The notes: generated by a model not told the origin, from the letters alone. A stretch of 64,000 nt of DNA from an uncultured delta proteobacterium (GCA_963724765.1 CAVRVY010000001.1:32001-96000), one strand, 5' to 3'; positions 46,049-55,765 are shown, numbered from the stretch's first letter. Numbers and translations: made by a program.

Positions 46049-47200
46049 TCAGCCTTTGTAGGCCGCCGGGAACACGAGGTCTTCTGTGACCATCACGTTG
46101 AACTGGTAGCCGGGCCGGATTTCGATCGTCGGTGGGCGATTCATCCCCTGGCCGATCATCTGCTGACCCACGGAGCCGAACTGTCCTGAGGCAGCTGAAC
46201 CGGCCATCTTGACTCGCCATCGCCCACTGGTTCGGCTGTGAGTACCCGTAGGGTCCGTAAGTGCCGCCGCCTCCGAACGTCGCCATCTGTCCGACCATCT
46301 GGCCGGCGCTGATCAGACTCATGACCGCCGCGGTGCCAAACGTTCTCAGGTAGTGGTTGTTCACTTCGTCGGTGAAACCCGAGTAGCCGCCCTGGTCCGC
46401 TCCCGGCATCTGCGGGAGATCCATGCTCGAGGTGTTCGGGAAGATGAGCCGCTGCCATGCGATTTCGACGCGTTGCTGACCATAGGAGCGTTCTGGTATA
46501 TGCCGACGAGCCTGCTGCCTTGCGGGACCAGCAGGTATTTCCCGGTGGCGCTGTCGAAGACGTTCTGACTGACCTGGGCGACGATCGGCCCCGGCAAGTC
46601 CGAGTTGATCCCGCTCACGAGTACGGCTGGAATCACGCTTCCAGCCATCACCGAGAACGCCGATGCGGGCGGGTGAAGCGTCACGGCCTGATCGGTGGAA
46701 TTGCCGAGGTTGAAGTTCGTGCCTTGCTGGCCATTTGCGCGGGCGATTTCCAGCGTCCCGTCGCCGTGGAACGCGGAGACCATCTGCGGCGATTCAAGCG
46801 CCTTCATGTACTTCTCTTCCGCCCACTGCGCGTAACGGCTGGGCGGTTGCGGCGGTGCGTTTTGGATCGGCGCTTGCACGGTCGCGACCACAACGGGAGG
46901 CGGTACGAAAGCCGGTGCTGCCAGTGGCCTGCCGCCGTGCGCGGCGAGGTCCGCGATCTCTCCGTTGTTGCGTGCCGATGCTCCGGGATCGTCAGTTGGC
47001 TTCTGCAGCGCGCTCTGCCCGGAACCGGATGACTCCACCCCAAGCGCCACCACTACGCCGCTCACGATCGCGACGGCGGCGAACGCGATCAGTATGAGCC
47101 GGTTGAAGCGGCCACCTCCGGGATGCTCCTGCTCCAGCCAGCCTTCCGGTTCCTCCTGAAGATCGCCCTGGCCGTCGAGTCTGATATTCGCAGTCGCCAT
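46049..47200 (-). CDS. trbI: TrbI/VirB10 (frameshifts ~46485 and ~46205)
   Basis: AGSVIPAVLVSGINSDLPG..AQVSQNVFDSATG..LVPQGSRL.G.Y; DQGGYSGFTDEVNNH. Confidence 0.92.
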
Positions 47201-47204
47201 GTTT

Positions 47205-48159
47205 TCACCTCGTGGCTCCCGCGTAACTGATCGTCACGCGGTCCTGATCGCGTCCGACTCCTGATACGAGGATTGCGTCCGTGACCAGACGGTCGACGAC
47301 GTAGTAGTTTCCCTTGACCCGGTAGTTCACCATCTGCGTTCCGCTGCCGGCGTTCACAAGCAGCGCGGGCGCCTCGCTCGACTTCATTCCTGGCGGCATC
47401 TGGATGTACACGTGCGAACCGTCATCGAATGCGCGGATCGGCTTCCACGGAACGTTCGGTCCGCCCACGGTGTACGCGAAGTTGAGTTGTGCCGGATCGA
47501 CATTGGCAACCTTCACGACATTGCCGGAGTCATCGCCCGGCGGATCGGCTGCCGCATCCTGTTGTGCCTTCGCGGCAGAGTCCGCATTTTTCATCGCAGT
47601 GATCAGCTCGTCGGGGTAGTAGAACTCGACCTCCTGCATCGCGTGGCTTCCGCGCGAGCGGAGCAGCAAGTGGTAGATGTGCTTCGTCGTGTAGATCGTG
47701 AGGTTGGTTTGGATGCCCGGGAGCTTGCGGCTTAACTGCGAGATGCGGCACCGGGTCTCGCGGGTCTCCCGAGGAGGCGGGCGTCGCCATCCAGCGTTCG
47801 CTGTCACCAATCGCAACGTCGGAGATCGTCTCGCCCGGCTGCAGCTGAATGTCTGAAGTTCGTAGCGGCTCGCAATCGACCGTGGGCGGAGGGCCTTCGT
47901 TATACGGATAGAGCGTGTAAGCGGGCGTCTTGTAGATTGGCCAATCGCCGCTCTTGTCGTGCTCCTTGATCGCCTGCTGAACCTCGGGCGGCTGCCCTGC
48001 AAGAATCTCCTCCGGACTTGGCGGAGCTGGCGCCGCTTCCGCTTTGGGTTCAGCTTCGGTGACCAGGTTGAGCGGCGGCGGTGCTGGCGGCTGTTTCGCC
48101 GCGCACGCTGCGAATGTCAGCGCCAAGGTGACTGTCCCTGCGATGGCGATCCGTGTCAT
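47205..48159 (-). CDS. trbG: TrbG/VirB9 (frameshift ~47715)
   Basis: Lipoprotein-like signal, DIQLQPGE..GDSERW, TNLTIYTTKHIY, LNFAY..WKP.RAFDDG, VNYRV. Confidence 0.92.
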
Positions 48160-48186
48160 CGCTCTGCCTCCTATTTTGTTGCCGGC

Positions 48187-48855
48187 CTAACCTCGCTGTT
48201 CGGTCCAGCTGATCTGCGTCACGCAAAACCCGAGAGGGTTGCTAACGATCGCGTCATCGGAGCTCGGCGGGACAATTTCGGTTTGAAGCGCGGCCTCCCA
48301 ATGGGACGGAGACCCAATAGCGACGCCGTTCAGGTCGCGCTGCTGCTCGCTCCATCGCACCTGATAACTGCGCGGCGAGAGTTGAAGGATCGAGTCGATC
48401 TGAACTGATACGGTCTGCTTCTCAGCGATCTTGAATGGGTTATGGGAGAAGTTGTCGGAGTGGTAGTACTCGTCGAGAAAGCGGTCCGCCGCGCCCCGTG
48501 TGTGCGCGAGCAGTGCGTTCAGCATCTGATGCTCGACCTGTGGATCGCTAGTGACCGAGCGCGCATCGCGGATAAAAGCCGCGACCTCATAACGCTCCAT
48601 TCGGGCGGTTACGTCCGGCAACGCAACCGGCGTGAGGGGTTGCGGCACCGTCAGCGCGTATCCGAGCCTGTCGACCTCAACAACGTAGGGGATGTACCGG
48701 CTGTGATTGCCGAGCCAGACGATACCGCTGGCGAGAATCAGGCTCAGAAGCATGAGACCGCCAGCGGCGATCTGCCAGTTGCGTTTTCCGAGAACGAGGT
48801 CAGCGTATCGTTCGTCCCATTCGCGACGCGCTTCGAGATATGGGTTGCTCTCCAT
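48187..48855 (-). CDS. trbF: TrbF/VirB8
   Basis: NPYLEARREWDERY, PYVVEVD, SYQVRWSE, NPLGF.VTQISW. Confidence 0.92.
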   Translation of the reverse strand: MESNPYLEARREWDERYADLVLGKRNWQIAAGGLMLLSLILASGIVWLGNHSRYIPYVVEVDRLGYALTVPQPLTPVALPDVTARMERYEVAAFIRDARSVTSDPQVEHQMLNALLAHTRGAADRFLDEYYHSDNFSHNPFKIAEKQTVSVQIDSILQLSPRSYQVRWSEQQRDLNGVAIGSPSHWEAALQTEIVPPSSDDAIVSNPLGFCVTQISWTEQRG

Positions 48856-49216
48856 GCGAACGCCTCACAGTAAAAATCTGAATTCACACATCAAACTGCG
48901 GCTCGCTGGATTTGTTGGTTGAGCAAGTTCCTTGCCATCGGCGAGGCATCAGTGCGATCCAAAGAAAACTGAGTGGAGAAATTAGTGCTGTGCGGGAATC
49001 GGCGCGTGTGCGAACTCTTTTGCCTGGCCATGGTCGCGCTGCGCCGCCAGTCTCAAAATGGAGCTGCCGCGCTCGCCAGTGAATCGCTGTGATGCGGGCT
49101 TTGCTCGGTCGAGCGCTACCCCCCAGCATTTACAGCGGCAAGCTCAGGAAGGTCGCAGACTCTCAACCCAGCCGAAATCAGAAAAATAGATGCGGCGATG
49201 TTTTGAAGGACCGGTT

Positions 49217-49825
49217 ATGCAGAAGAAACCGTTTTCCAATCACGCGAAGCGAGGTTCTTTCTCGAATGAAAAATTTAACCGCCTGGGGAGGATCGTTGTT
49301 CGATACCACCGTGAGGCGGAGAAATGCGCAGCGGTCCGTGCATACTACGCAGCGGTCATCATGATTGGCGCCGCGTTTGAGGCGATGCTGCTCCAAATGT
49401 GCGATTTGTTCGAAGAGGAAGTAGCACAAGCCGTTTCGAATCTCTCTCGGAAACCGAAAGGATCGATTGAACATTGGAGCCTCGATGACTTGATCGGAAT
49501 CGCCGTTGCTGTGGGATGGCTGCCGCCTCGGCGCGGACCGGACCTGGCCGAAGCTGGCATCGGTGAATTGGCCCACCTGATCAGGCGGCTCCGAAACTTA
49601 TCGCATCCGGGCGTACATCTTCGAGAACTGGATGAGGTACCGCTTAGAGCGGCATCCTACCGTGTCGCCTACGCGCTGTTTGATTCAGCGCGCGATTGGC
49701 TTTGGATGAAATTCGCTCAGGGCGCACCGATGGAACCTAACAGGTCGCCCTTCGGACCCCCGAGCAGGGTCGTGGTCAGGGTACCTCGCCGGCGAAGAAA
49801 GCGGCGGAAGTCCGAGTTGAATTGA
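49217..49825 (+). CDS. HEPN-like (DUF4145-type) domain protein
   Basis: YYAAVIMIGAAFEAML, WSLDDLI, IRRLRNLSHPG (R-x-H HEPN motif). Confidence 0.6.
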   Translation: MQKKPFSNHAKRGSFSNEKFNRLGRIVVRYHREAEKCAAVRAYYAAVIMIGAAFEAMLLQMCDLFEEEVAQAVSNLSRKPKGSIEHWSLDDLIGIAVAVGWLPPRRGPDLAEAGIGELAHLIRRLRNLSHPGVHLRELDEVPLRAASYRVAYALFDSARDWLWMKFAQGAPMEPNRSPFGPPSRVVVRVPRRRRKRRKSELN

Positions 49826-49869
49826 TACCTACAGGTCAGTGTTGGGACGCAAGTTTTTTCGAACGATTC

Positions 49870-49978
49870 AGTGCCCACTTAGTGCCCACTTCGGGCTTTT
49901 TCAGCATGATCTGAGATGATGTCGATCCGCATGAGAACCCTTATATTTCCTGTACTATGTGATCTGACGTGATCTGAG
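49870..49978. repeat. Att-proximal repeats (AGTGCCCACTT x2; TGATCTGA x3), probable integrase arm and accessory sites
   Basis: 11-bp tandem at 49870..49891; tgatctga at ~49908, 49960 and 49970; all within 130 bp of the tRNA junction. Confidence 0.65.
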
Positions 49979-49996
49979 AAAACGTCGGGGACAAGT

Positions 49997-50035
49997 TTAG
50001 GAATCCTGTGCTCTATCCATCTGAGCTAAGGGGGC
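49997..50035 (-). pseudogene. tRNA-Arg(CCT) 5' half, ending at the anticodon loop (att junction)
   Basis: GCCCCCTTAGCTCAGATGGATAGAGCACAGGA-TTCCTAA then acttg instead of the expected TCCTG. Confidence 0.88.
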
Positions 50036-50052
50036 GCCCGGCGGAGAGCACG

Positions 50053-50081
50053 ACCTTAACTCCATCGCCGGGCACGCTCAA
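50053..50081 (-). promoter_or_regulatory. Sigma70-like promoter upstream of the tRNA-Arg fragment
   Basis: TTGAGC-N17-TAAGGT on the minus strand, 17 bp before tRNA position 1. Confidence 0.6.
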
Positions 50082-50111
50082 GTTGATGCGTTGCGGCGTG
50101 GAGCCGTGCGC

Positions 50112-50756
50112 TTAGCTATGCCGGATCTCCGCGTCGATCAGGGTTTCCGCCGCGCGCACCAAGGCTGATGCGCGGCCCGTGGGCCGCGCGCTCTCCGAGC
50201 AGAACTTCGATCCTTCGAGCACGATGCCGAGCTGATCCGCGAGCCGCTCGGGATCACGCGCGCCGGCGGCCTTTGCCAGTTCGCGCAGCCGCGCGTGGCG
50301 CTCGGCCTTGAACCCGACGATGACCGCGCGCGCCGGATGACCTACCTCAGGAAATTCGACCATCGTGTTGCCGAACGGGCATCCGCGGAAATTCGCCGAA
50401 GTGGCCTTCTCCGCGGTCGCGACGAACAACGCCCGCAACTGCTTGCGCGGCGCGTTCGCGTGAGGCCTGATGGTCTCGTCCCACCATTGCCAGTAGTCGG
50501 CGGCCGAGGATTCAAGATAGGCACAGACCAGCTCGTCCTTGGAGCGGAAGCTGCGGTAGAAACTCATCTTGGCCACGCCCGAGCGGGCGATCAGCGTATC
50601 GACGCCGACGGCGCGGATGCCTTCGCGGTAGAAGGAGTCGCGCGCGGTCTCAAGGATGCGCTCGCGGGCCGAGGCCGGCTTGGGTGGCGCACTCGGCGAT
50701 CGGCCGCCCGGATGCTGGGCTGGAGGCGGAGCCGAGTGCGGAGATTGGCTTGCCAT
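50112..50756 (-). CDS. TetR/AcrR family regulator
   Basis: ARERILETA..FYREGIRAVGVD..GVAKMSFYRSFRSKDEL; RGCPF. Confidence 0.93.
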   Translation of the reverse strand: MASQSPHSAPPPAQHPGGRSPSAPPKPASARERILETARDSFYREGIRAVGVDTLIARSGVAKMSFYRSFRSKDELVCAYLESSAADYWQWWDETIRPHANAPRKQLRALFVATAEKATSANFRGCPFGNTMVEFPEVGHPARAVIVGFKAERHARLRELAKAAGARDPERLADQLGIVLEGSKFCSESARPTGRASALVRAAETLIDAEIRHS

Positions 50757-50823
50757 GGTAGCTATCCTTCGTGGTCCTCGCGTGGTCCTCGGGACTGACC
50801 GTTTAGCTCTGTTTGAGCCCATC

Positions 50824-50851
50824 TTGACTGATACAGACAGACCTGTATCAT
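50824..50851 (+). promoter_or_regulatory. Promoter with overlapping palindromic operator (probable TetR site)
   Basis: TTGACT..TATCAT enclosing TGATACAG-N6-CTGTATCA (50829..50850) in the divergent intergenic region. Confidence 0.65.
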
Positions 50852-50914
50852 ACATACAGAACGGCCTCTATCACACTGCAAACATACCTGAACCGGCCGT
50901 GAAGGAAAAGACCA

Positions 50915-51181
50915 ATGTTGAGTGACACCACCAAATCCACAGCCGCTAAAGCCGGGCGGCCGATCGCGTCTCAGACCGCGCGCAATGCCACGGCTGAGCG
51001 AGGGCTCCAGGCGAGTCGCGGCTTTTCCGCCGCAAAGCGAACGTATTCGCAGGCGAGGCCGCCCTCACGGTCCGCCGATCGGCTCGGCACGGCCGTAACC
51101 GTGCTGCTCAGCCTCGCGCTCGTGGCCGGAGCTTCGCTGATGTTTGCGCAGATCTGGGCGAATCTGACTATGATTCGGTAA
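50915..51181 (+). CDS. Small hypothetical protein with a C-terminal TM helix
   Basis: AAGGA RBS; hydrophobic LGTAVTVLLSLALVAGASLMF. Confidence 0.45.
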   Translation: MLSDTTKSTAAKAGRPIASQTARNATAERGLQASRGFSAAKRTYSQARPPSRSADRLGTAVTVLLSLALVAGASLMFAQIWANLTMIR

Positions 51182-51364
51182 CAACCGCACGTAGCGTCCG
51201 GCTGGCCCGCCGTGCGTATATACGAACGCAACTACCGCGAATCCCCCCCCCGGGGCCGCCGGACAAGTGAGCGAGTCGGTCGATCGGACAATCGGGTACG
51301 AGGACAGCCGCCGCCGTTGAACCGCCGCGGCATCAACCAAGGCCGGAAAGGGAGTTTAACTAAG

Positions 51365-51976
51365 ATGAAGCTGTATTTTTCGCCGGGCGCTTGCTCGCTC
51401 TCGCCGCATATCGTCGTGCGCGAGGCCGGAATCGCGGTTGACCTGGAGCAGGTGGACCTCAAGACGAAGAAGACCAAGAATGGTGCCGACTTCACCGCCG
51501 TGAGTCCGAAAGGACAGGTGCCGACGCTGGTTCTGGACAACGGCCAGACGCTGACCGAGGGGCCGGCTATCGTGCAGTATCTCGCCGATCAGAAGCCGCA
51601 ATCGGGGCTGGCTCCGCAAGCTGGAACCTTCGAGCGCTACCGGCTGCAGGAGTGGCTCAACTTCATCTCGTCGGAGATTCATAAGCCCTTCGGCTCGCTC
51701 TTTAACCCGGCGACACCCGAGGACTACAAGCGTATTGCGAAAGATGCGTTGGCAGCTCGCTTCGCTTACGTCGACCGTCATCTGGCGAACCGCGGTCCCT
51801 TCCTGATGGGCCCCCAGTTCACGGTGGCGGACGCGTACCTGTTCGTGATGACGCTGTGGGCGAAGTTCGTGAAGGTCGATCTCGATCAATTCGCCAGACT
51901 GAAGGCCTACGCCGAACAGGTCGCAGCGCGGCCCAAGGTTCACGAGGCGCTGAAAGAAGAGGGCCTCGCGAAGTAG
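51365..51976 (+). CDS. gstA: Glutathione S-transferase (beta class)
   Basis: MKLYFSPGACSLSPHI, PKGQVP.L, LTEGPAIVQYLAD, FTVADAYLF. Confidence 0.93.
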   Translation: MKLYFSPGACSLSPHIVVREAGIAVDLEQVDLKTKKTKNGADFTAVSPKGQVPTLVLDNGQTLTEGPAIVQYLADQKPQSGLAPQAGTFERYRLQEWLNFISSEIHKPFGSLFNPATPEDYKRIAKDALAARFAYVDRHLANRGPFLMGPQFTVADAYLFVMTLWAKFVKVDLDQFARLKAYAEQVAARPKVHEALKEEGLAK

Positions 51977-52001
51977 ACCACGTGATCGCGTTTCTCGAGA
52001 T

Positions 52002-52029
52002 TGGCGGCCCCGTCTCGTCGGGGCCGCCA
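52002..52029 (+). terminator. GC-rich hairpin downstream of GST
   Basis: tggcggccccg-tctcgt-cggggccgcca; weak U-tract. Confidence 0.55.
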
Positions 52030-52192
52030 GTCTATTCTCGCGCGCCAGTGAGTCACTTTCTCCTGCGTTTCACCGGCCGCCGGCTTCGGTCTACTGAAGA
52101 ACCGCCTGGCCGCGGGTAGCTGCGGCCCGTCATCGCGCGCGCCGCGAGGCGGTACGTACAACGCCGCGATTGGACTATAGTCGCGCCGGAGG

Positions 52193-53377
52193 GTGCCCAT
52201 GAGCACATACCTTTATGAAATCCTCGAACGTCTCGTTGCTTTCGATACCGTCAGCTCCAACAGCGACGCGCCGGCGATGGATTTCCTGGCCGAGCGTCTC
52301 GGCGCGCATGGCTTCAGGGTCCACCTCCATCGCATCGAAGTCGCCGGCACGCCGCAGCTCAATCTGATCGCATGGGCCGGACCGCCGCGCCCCGACGGCC
52401 TGACCATCTCGGGTCATCTCGACACGGTGCCGTATAAGGGGCAGCCGGGATGGAACCGCGACCCGCTCAAGCTCGGCATCGACGCCGACCGCGTATGGGG
52501 CCGCGGCACCACCGACATGAAGGGCTTCCTCGCCGAATGCGTCGCGGCGGCGGCCGCGCTCGACGTGCGCGCGCTCAAACGTCCGCTGGTCTTCATCTTC
52601 ACCAGCAACGAGGAAGTTGGATGTCTCGGGGCCGAGAGCGTTTGCGGCGCGCTCGCTTCGATCCTTGGAGAGATTCCCGCGCCAAAGCTGGTATGGATCG
52701 GCGAGCCGACTTCGTGGCAGGTGCAGCACGCCCATAAGAGCATCGTGACGTTCGACGTGAAGGTGCGCGGAGTGGGCGGCCACAGCGGCGCGCCCGAGCA
52801 GGGCGTCAACGCTATCGCGGTGACGGGCCGCGCGCTGGAGGCGATCGGCCATCTGCAAGCCGAGCGGCGCACGCCGAGCGACAAATTCATGCGCATCTTT
52901 CCCGATTCGCCCTACGACGTGCTCAACGTCGGGACGATCGCGGGCGGTATCGCGCCCAACATCATCGCCGAGCAGTGCCGCCTCGTGATTACCTACCGCT
53001 CGCTGCCCGACACAGATCCGCTGGCTATCTATCGCGAGGTCGAGCGCCGGCTCGCCGCGCTCGACCCGTACGACTACGCCTCGCACAATCATCGCGCGGC
53101 GATCGAGGTTGGGCCGCCGATGGTAGTGCCGCCGCTGCTCGCGCCGCGCGACACCGCGCTCGAGCGCGCGCTGCTCGAGGTCACCGGGACGCGCGAAGTC
53201 GGCGGCGCGCTGTTCAGCACTGACGGCGGATGGTTCGCGCGGGCCGGGATGGTTCCACTGATCTGCGGGCCGGGCGATCTCGATCAGGCGCACAAGCCCA
53301 ACGAGAACATCCGCCGCGCGGCGCTGGAGAGCGGCACGGAGAAGATTCTCAAGGTAATCGCCCGTTTAGTTCAGTGA
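52193..53377 (+). CDS. argE: Acetylornithine deacetylase (M20 family)
   Basis: LVAFDTVS, SGHLDTVP, GRGTTDMKGF, EEVGC.GA, IGEPT, GPG..QAHKPNE. Confidence 0.88.
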   Translation: MPMSTYLYEILERLVAFDTVSSNSDAPAMDFLAERLGAHGFRVHLHRIEVAGTPQLNLIAWAGPPRPDGLTISGHLDTVPYKGQPGWNRDPLKLGIDADRVWGRGTTDMKGFLAECVAAAAALDVRALKRPLVFIFTSNEEVGCLGAESVCGALASILGEIPAPKLVWIGEPTSWQVQHAHKSIVTFDVKVRGVGGHSGAPEQGVNAIAVTGRALEAIGHLQAERRTPSDKFMRIFPDSPYDVLNVGTIAGGIAPNIIAEQCRLVITYRSLPDTDPLAIYREVERRLAALDPYDYASHNHRAAIEVGPPMVVPPLLAPRDTALERALLEVTGTREVGGALFSTDGGWFARAGMVPLICGPGDLDQAHKPNENIRRAALESGTEKILKVIARLVQ

Positions 53378-53465
53378 CCTTCGGCTGCCCCGATGTCGGG
53401 CAGAAGCTCTTAACTCCCTCCACAAAACAATTGGGGGACGGAACCAGGAAACCAGACAGTACTGA

Positions 53466-54065
53466 CTATGCAAACGTCGTGACCAGTTCGCGCAGGCGTT
53501 CCCTGGCGTCGCTCAATATCGATACACCGTCGCCGACCAACAATATGTCGAAATCGATCGCGAGCAGGTTCCGCACGCTCTCCCGCAGGCGCGCCGGATC
53601 GTCCATCACCTGTTCGCGCAGCAGGCCGCATCGGCCGGGCGGGTTTCCAATCACCGCGTCACCCACGACCAGGATCTTTCGCTCCGGCCAGTACAGCGCG
53701 ACCTCGCCGGGCGACTTGCCCGGGACCGCGACGACGTTAAGCGGGCCGACGCGCTCGCCGACGCGCAGTTCGTCGTCGATTACGGCACCCTGGCTGCGCG
53801 CGTAGGCCGCGTCGGCGGGATGAATCGCGACCCGGGCGCCGGTGCGCTCGCGCACGAGGTTGGCCGCGCGCACGTGGTTGCGATTGGTGAGCAGGATGCG
53901 CGCGGGGCGGGCGCGGGCGATCTCTTCGAGATCGGCGGCGCTTGCCTCGACCGGGTCGATGCAGATATTTCCCTGCGAATGAGCGATCAGCAGGCCGTTG
54001 AAGTTATAGCCGTGGGGGGCGGAGAACCACGGCCATGTGCGAATATCCGCCGCAATCGTTTCCAT
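53466..54065 (-). CDS. Metallo-beta-lactamase-fold protein
   Basis: CIDP, LLTNRNHVR, PGKSPGEVAL, VGDA, LVGDG; metal ligands partly degenerate. Confidence 0.75.
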   Translation of the reverse strand: METIAADIRTWPWFSAPHGYNFNGLLIAHSQGNICIDPVEASAADLEEIARARPARILLTNRNHVRAANLVRERTGARVAIHPADAAYARSQGAVIDDELRVGERVGPLNVVAVPGKSPGEVALYWPERKILVVGDAVIGNPPGRCGLLREQVMDDPARLRESVRNLLAIDFDILLVGDGVSILSDARERLRELVTTFA

Positions 54066-54130
54066 CGATGATTTCTCCGATGACCCTGCCGATGATCTTG
54101 ATGATCTTGCCGATGATCTCGCCGGTGATG
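54066..54130 (+). repeat. Degenerate 12-bp tandem repeat (CGATGATCTTGC-like) in the divergent intergenic region
   Basis: About 5 imperfect units read directly. Confidence 0.8.
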
Positions 54131-54201
54131 AATCGCCCCGATTGTAGCGCCACACACGTGCCGGGTTTCAAGCCGCGCCGGCGCGCGGGAGTTCACAAAC
54201 G

Positions 54202-54738
54202 ATGAGCTATTGCGAAATCGCGCCCAGCCATCCTTTTCACGGCCCCTATCACGATCGCGAATACGGCTTTCCCACGCGCGTCGAAAGCAGGCTGTTCGAG
54301 CGCCTGGTGCTTGAGATCAACCAGGCCGGGCTCTCGTGGCTGACCGTGCTGCGCAAGCGCGAGGCGTTCCGCGACGCGTTCGACGGCTTCGACGTCGACC
54401 GCGTCGCCGCGTACGGGCGGCGCGAGCGCGCGCGGCTGCTGGCCGACGCCGGAATCGTGCGCAACCGCCTCAAGGTCGATGCCGCGATCGAGAATGCGCG
54501 GCGAATCGTAGCGCTGCGCGAAGGCCACGGTGGGTTTGCGCGATGGCTGAGCGCCAATCATCCGCTCGACAAGGATGAGTGGGTGAAGCTGTTCAAGCGG
54601 ACGTTTGTCTTTACAGGCGGCGAGATTACTGGCGAGTTTCTGATCAGCACCGGCTACCTGCCGGGGGCTCACGTTGAGAGCTGCCCGGTGTACGCGAGGA
54701 TCGAGCGGCTAAAGCCGCCCTGGATGCGCAAAAGATAA
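54202..54738 (+). CDS. tag: DNA-3-methyladenine glycosylase I
   Basis: YHDREYG, LFERLVLEINQAGLSW, GIVRNRLK, H...C Zn ligands. Confidence 0.93.
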   Translation: MSYCEIAPSHPFHGPYHDREYGFPTRVESRLFERLVLEINQAGLSWLTVLRKREAFRDAFDGFDVDRVAAYGRRERARLLADAGIVRNRLKVDAAIENARRIVALREGHGGFARWLSANHPLDKDEWVKLFKRTFVFTGGEITGEFLISTGYLPGAHVESCPVYARIERLKPPWMRKR

Positions 54739-54778
54739 ACGCGCAAGGAATAAGACGGCCTGAGGAGCGAGACCGCCC

Positions 54779-54822
54779 TTGACAGAAGGGCGAGGGTTGG
54801 GAGATATTGAGAATCGTTCTCA
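54779..54822 (+). promoter_or_regulatory. Promoter (TTGACA) with Fur-box-like palindrome
   Basis: TTGACA at 54779; TGAGAAT-C-GTTCTCA (7-1-7) at 54808..54822, upstream of the cupredoxin gene. Confidence 0.7.
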
Positions 54823-54846
54823 GTTGTATAGCCGGAGGTCGCCACC

Positions 54847-55191
54847 GTGCCGTCTCGCAAATTACTCGTTACCGTGCTCGCCTTCTTTGCCGCCGTTGGT
54901 CTAGCGGCGGCCGCCGCTCACGCCGACAACGGCACCATCGAGTTGCGTTTCGAGCGCCATCATTTCTCGCCCGCCAGCCTCACCGTGCCGGCAGGCAAGG
55001 CCCTGACGATCAAGGTCGTGAACGCGAGCAACGAGACGATCGAATTCGAGAGCTTCCGGCTTAACCGCGAAAAGGCCATCCAGCCCGGCGAGACGATCAC
55101 CGTGCACCTGCCCGCGCTCAGTGCCGGCAGCTACGATTTCTACGACGACTTTCATCAGGACGTACCCCAGGGCAGCATCGTCGCCAAGTGA
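54847..55191 (+). CDS. Periplasmic cupredoxin (EfeO/FtrB-like)
   Basis: Signal peptide; FSPASLTVPAGK, EFES..LNREK, GSYDFYDDFH. Confidence 0.88.
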   Translation: MPSRKLLVTVLAFFAAVGLAAAAAHADNGTIELRFERHHFSPASLTVPAGKALTIKVVNASNETIEFESFRLNREKAIQPGETITVHLPALSAGSYDFYDDFHQDVPQGSIVAK

Positions 55192-55252
55192 ATGGCCGGG
55201 CTGATTCCGGCTCCTGGAAATTCACCTGCGCTGACACGGCCTCGCATGCCCG

Positions 55253-55765
55253 ATGAACATGAGGAAGTCTGCGCTGGCGGCTCTGCTCGCGCTCGGCGTA
55301 GCTTTACTCGCGGCGCAACTGATGACGGTCGAGCGCGTGAATCCAACTTTGCCAATTTCGCCAACTTCGTCAGGTTCACCAGGTTCACCGCTATCGAACG
55401 CGGATATCGCGGCGCCGGCGCAAATCGAGGCGCTTTTGACTTCCGCCTGCTACGACTGCCATTCCAACCAGACCAGATGGCCCTGGTATAGCCGGGTGGC
55501 GCCGGTATCATGGCTTGTCGCGCGCGATGTGACGTTGGGGCGCAAGGAGCTTAACTTCTCCGAGTGGGGCTCATACTATCCGCAAACGCGAATGCGAAAA
55601 CTCCAGTGGATGAGCCGGGTGTTGCGCGAGCGCTCGATGCCGCCCTGGACCTATCGGTTGATGCATCCGGGCGCGCGGCTAACTGACGCTGAGCGCGCGA
55701 CGCTCGAACGGTGGATCGAATCCGAAATCTCCACGCCGCCAGCGCCGCATGCCACGACCGACTAG
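55253..55765 (+). CDS. Heme-binding (Haem_bd) c-type cytochrome
   Basis: ACYDCHSN.T.WPWYS.VAPVSWL, LNFSEW, MPP..Y..MH. Confidence 0.9.
   Translation: MNMRKSALAALLALGVALLAAQLMTVERVNPTLPISPTSSGSPGSPLSNADIAAPAQIEALLTSACYDCHSNQTRWPWYSRVAPVSWLVARDVTLGRKELNFSEWGSYYPQTRMRKLQWMSRVLRERSMPPWTYRLMHPGARLTDAERATLERWIESEISTPPAPHATTD

Larger units (their letters stand above)
1..49997. mobile_element. Integrative conjugative element / genomic island (P-type T4SS, MOBP relaxase) with right junction in tRNA-Arg(CCT); left boundary not located
   Basis: trb/traG/relaxase/oriT module at 34.1-48.9 kb; tRNA-Arg truncated at the anticodon loop at 49997 with tandem arm-type repeats just inside; defence and IS cargo; lower GC than the genes to the right. 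Including 1-16.3 kb is an inference, and no integrase is seen in the window. Confidence 0.65.
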
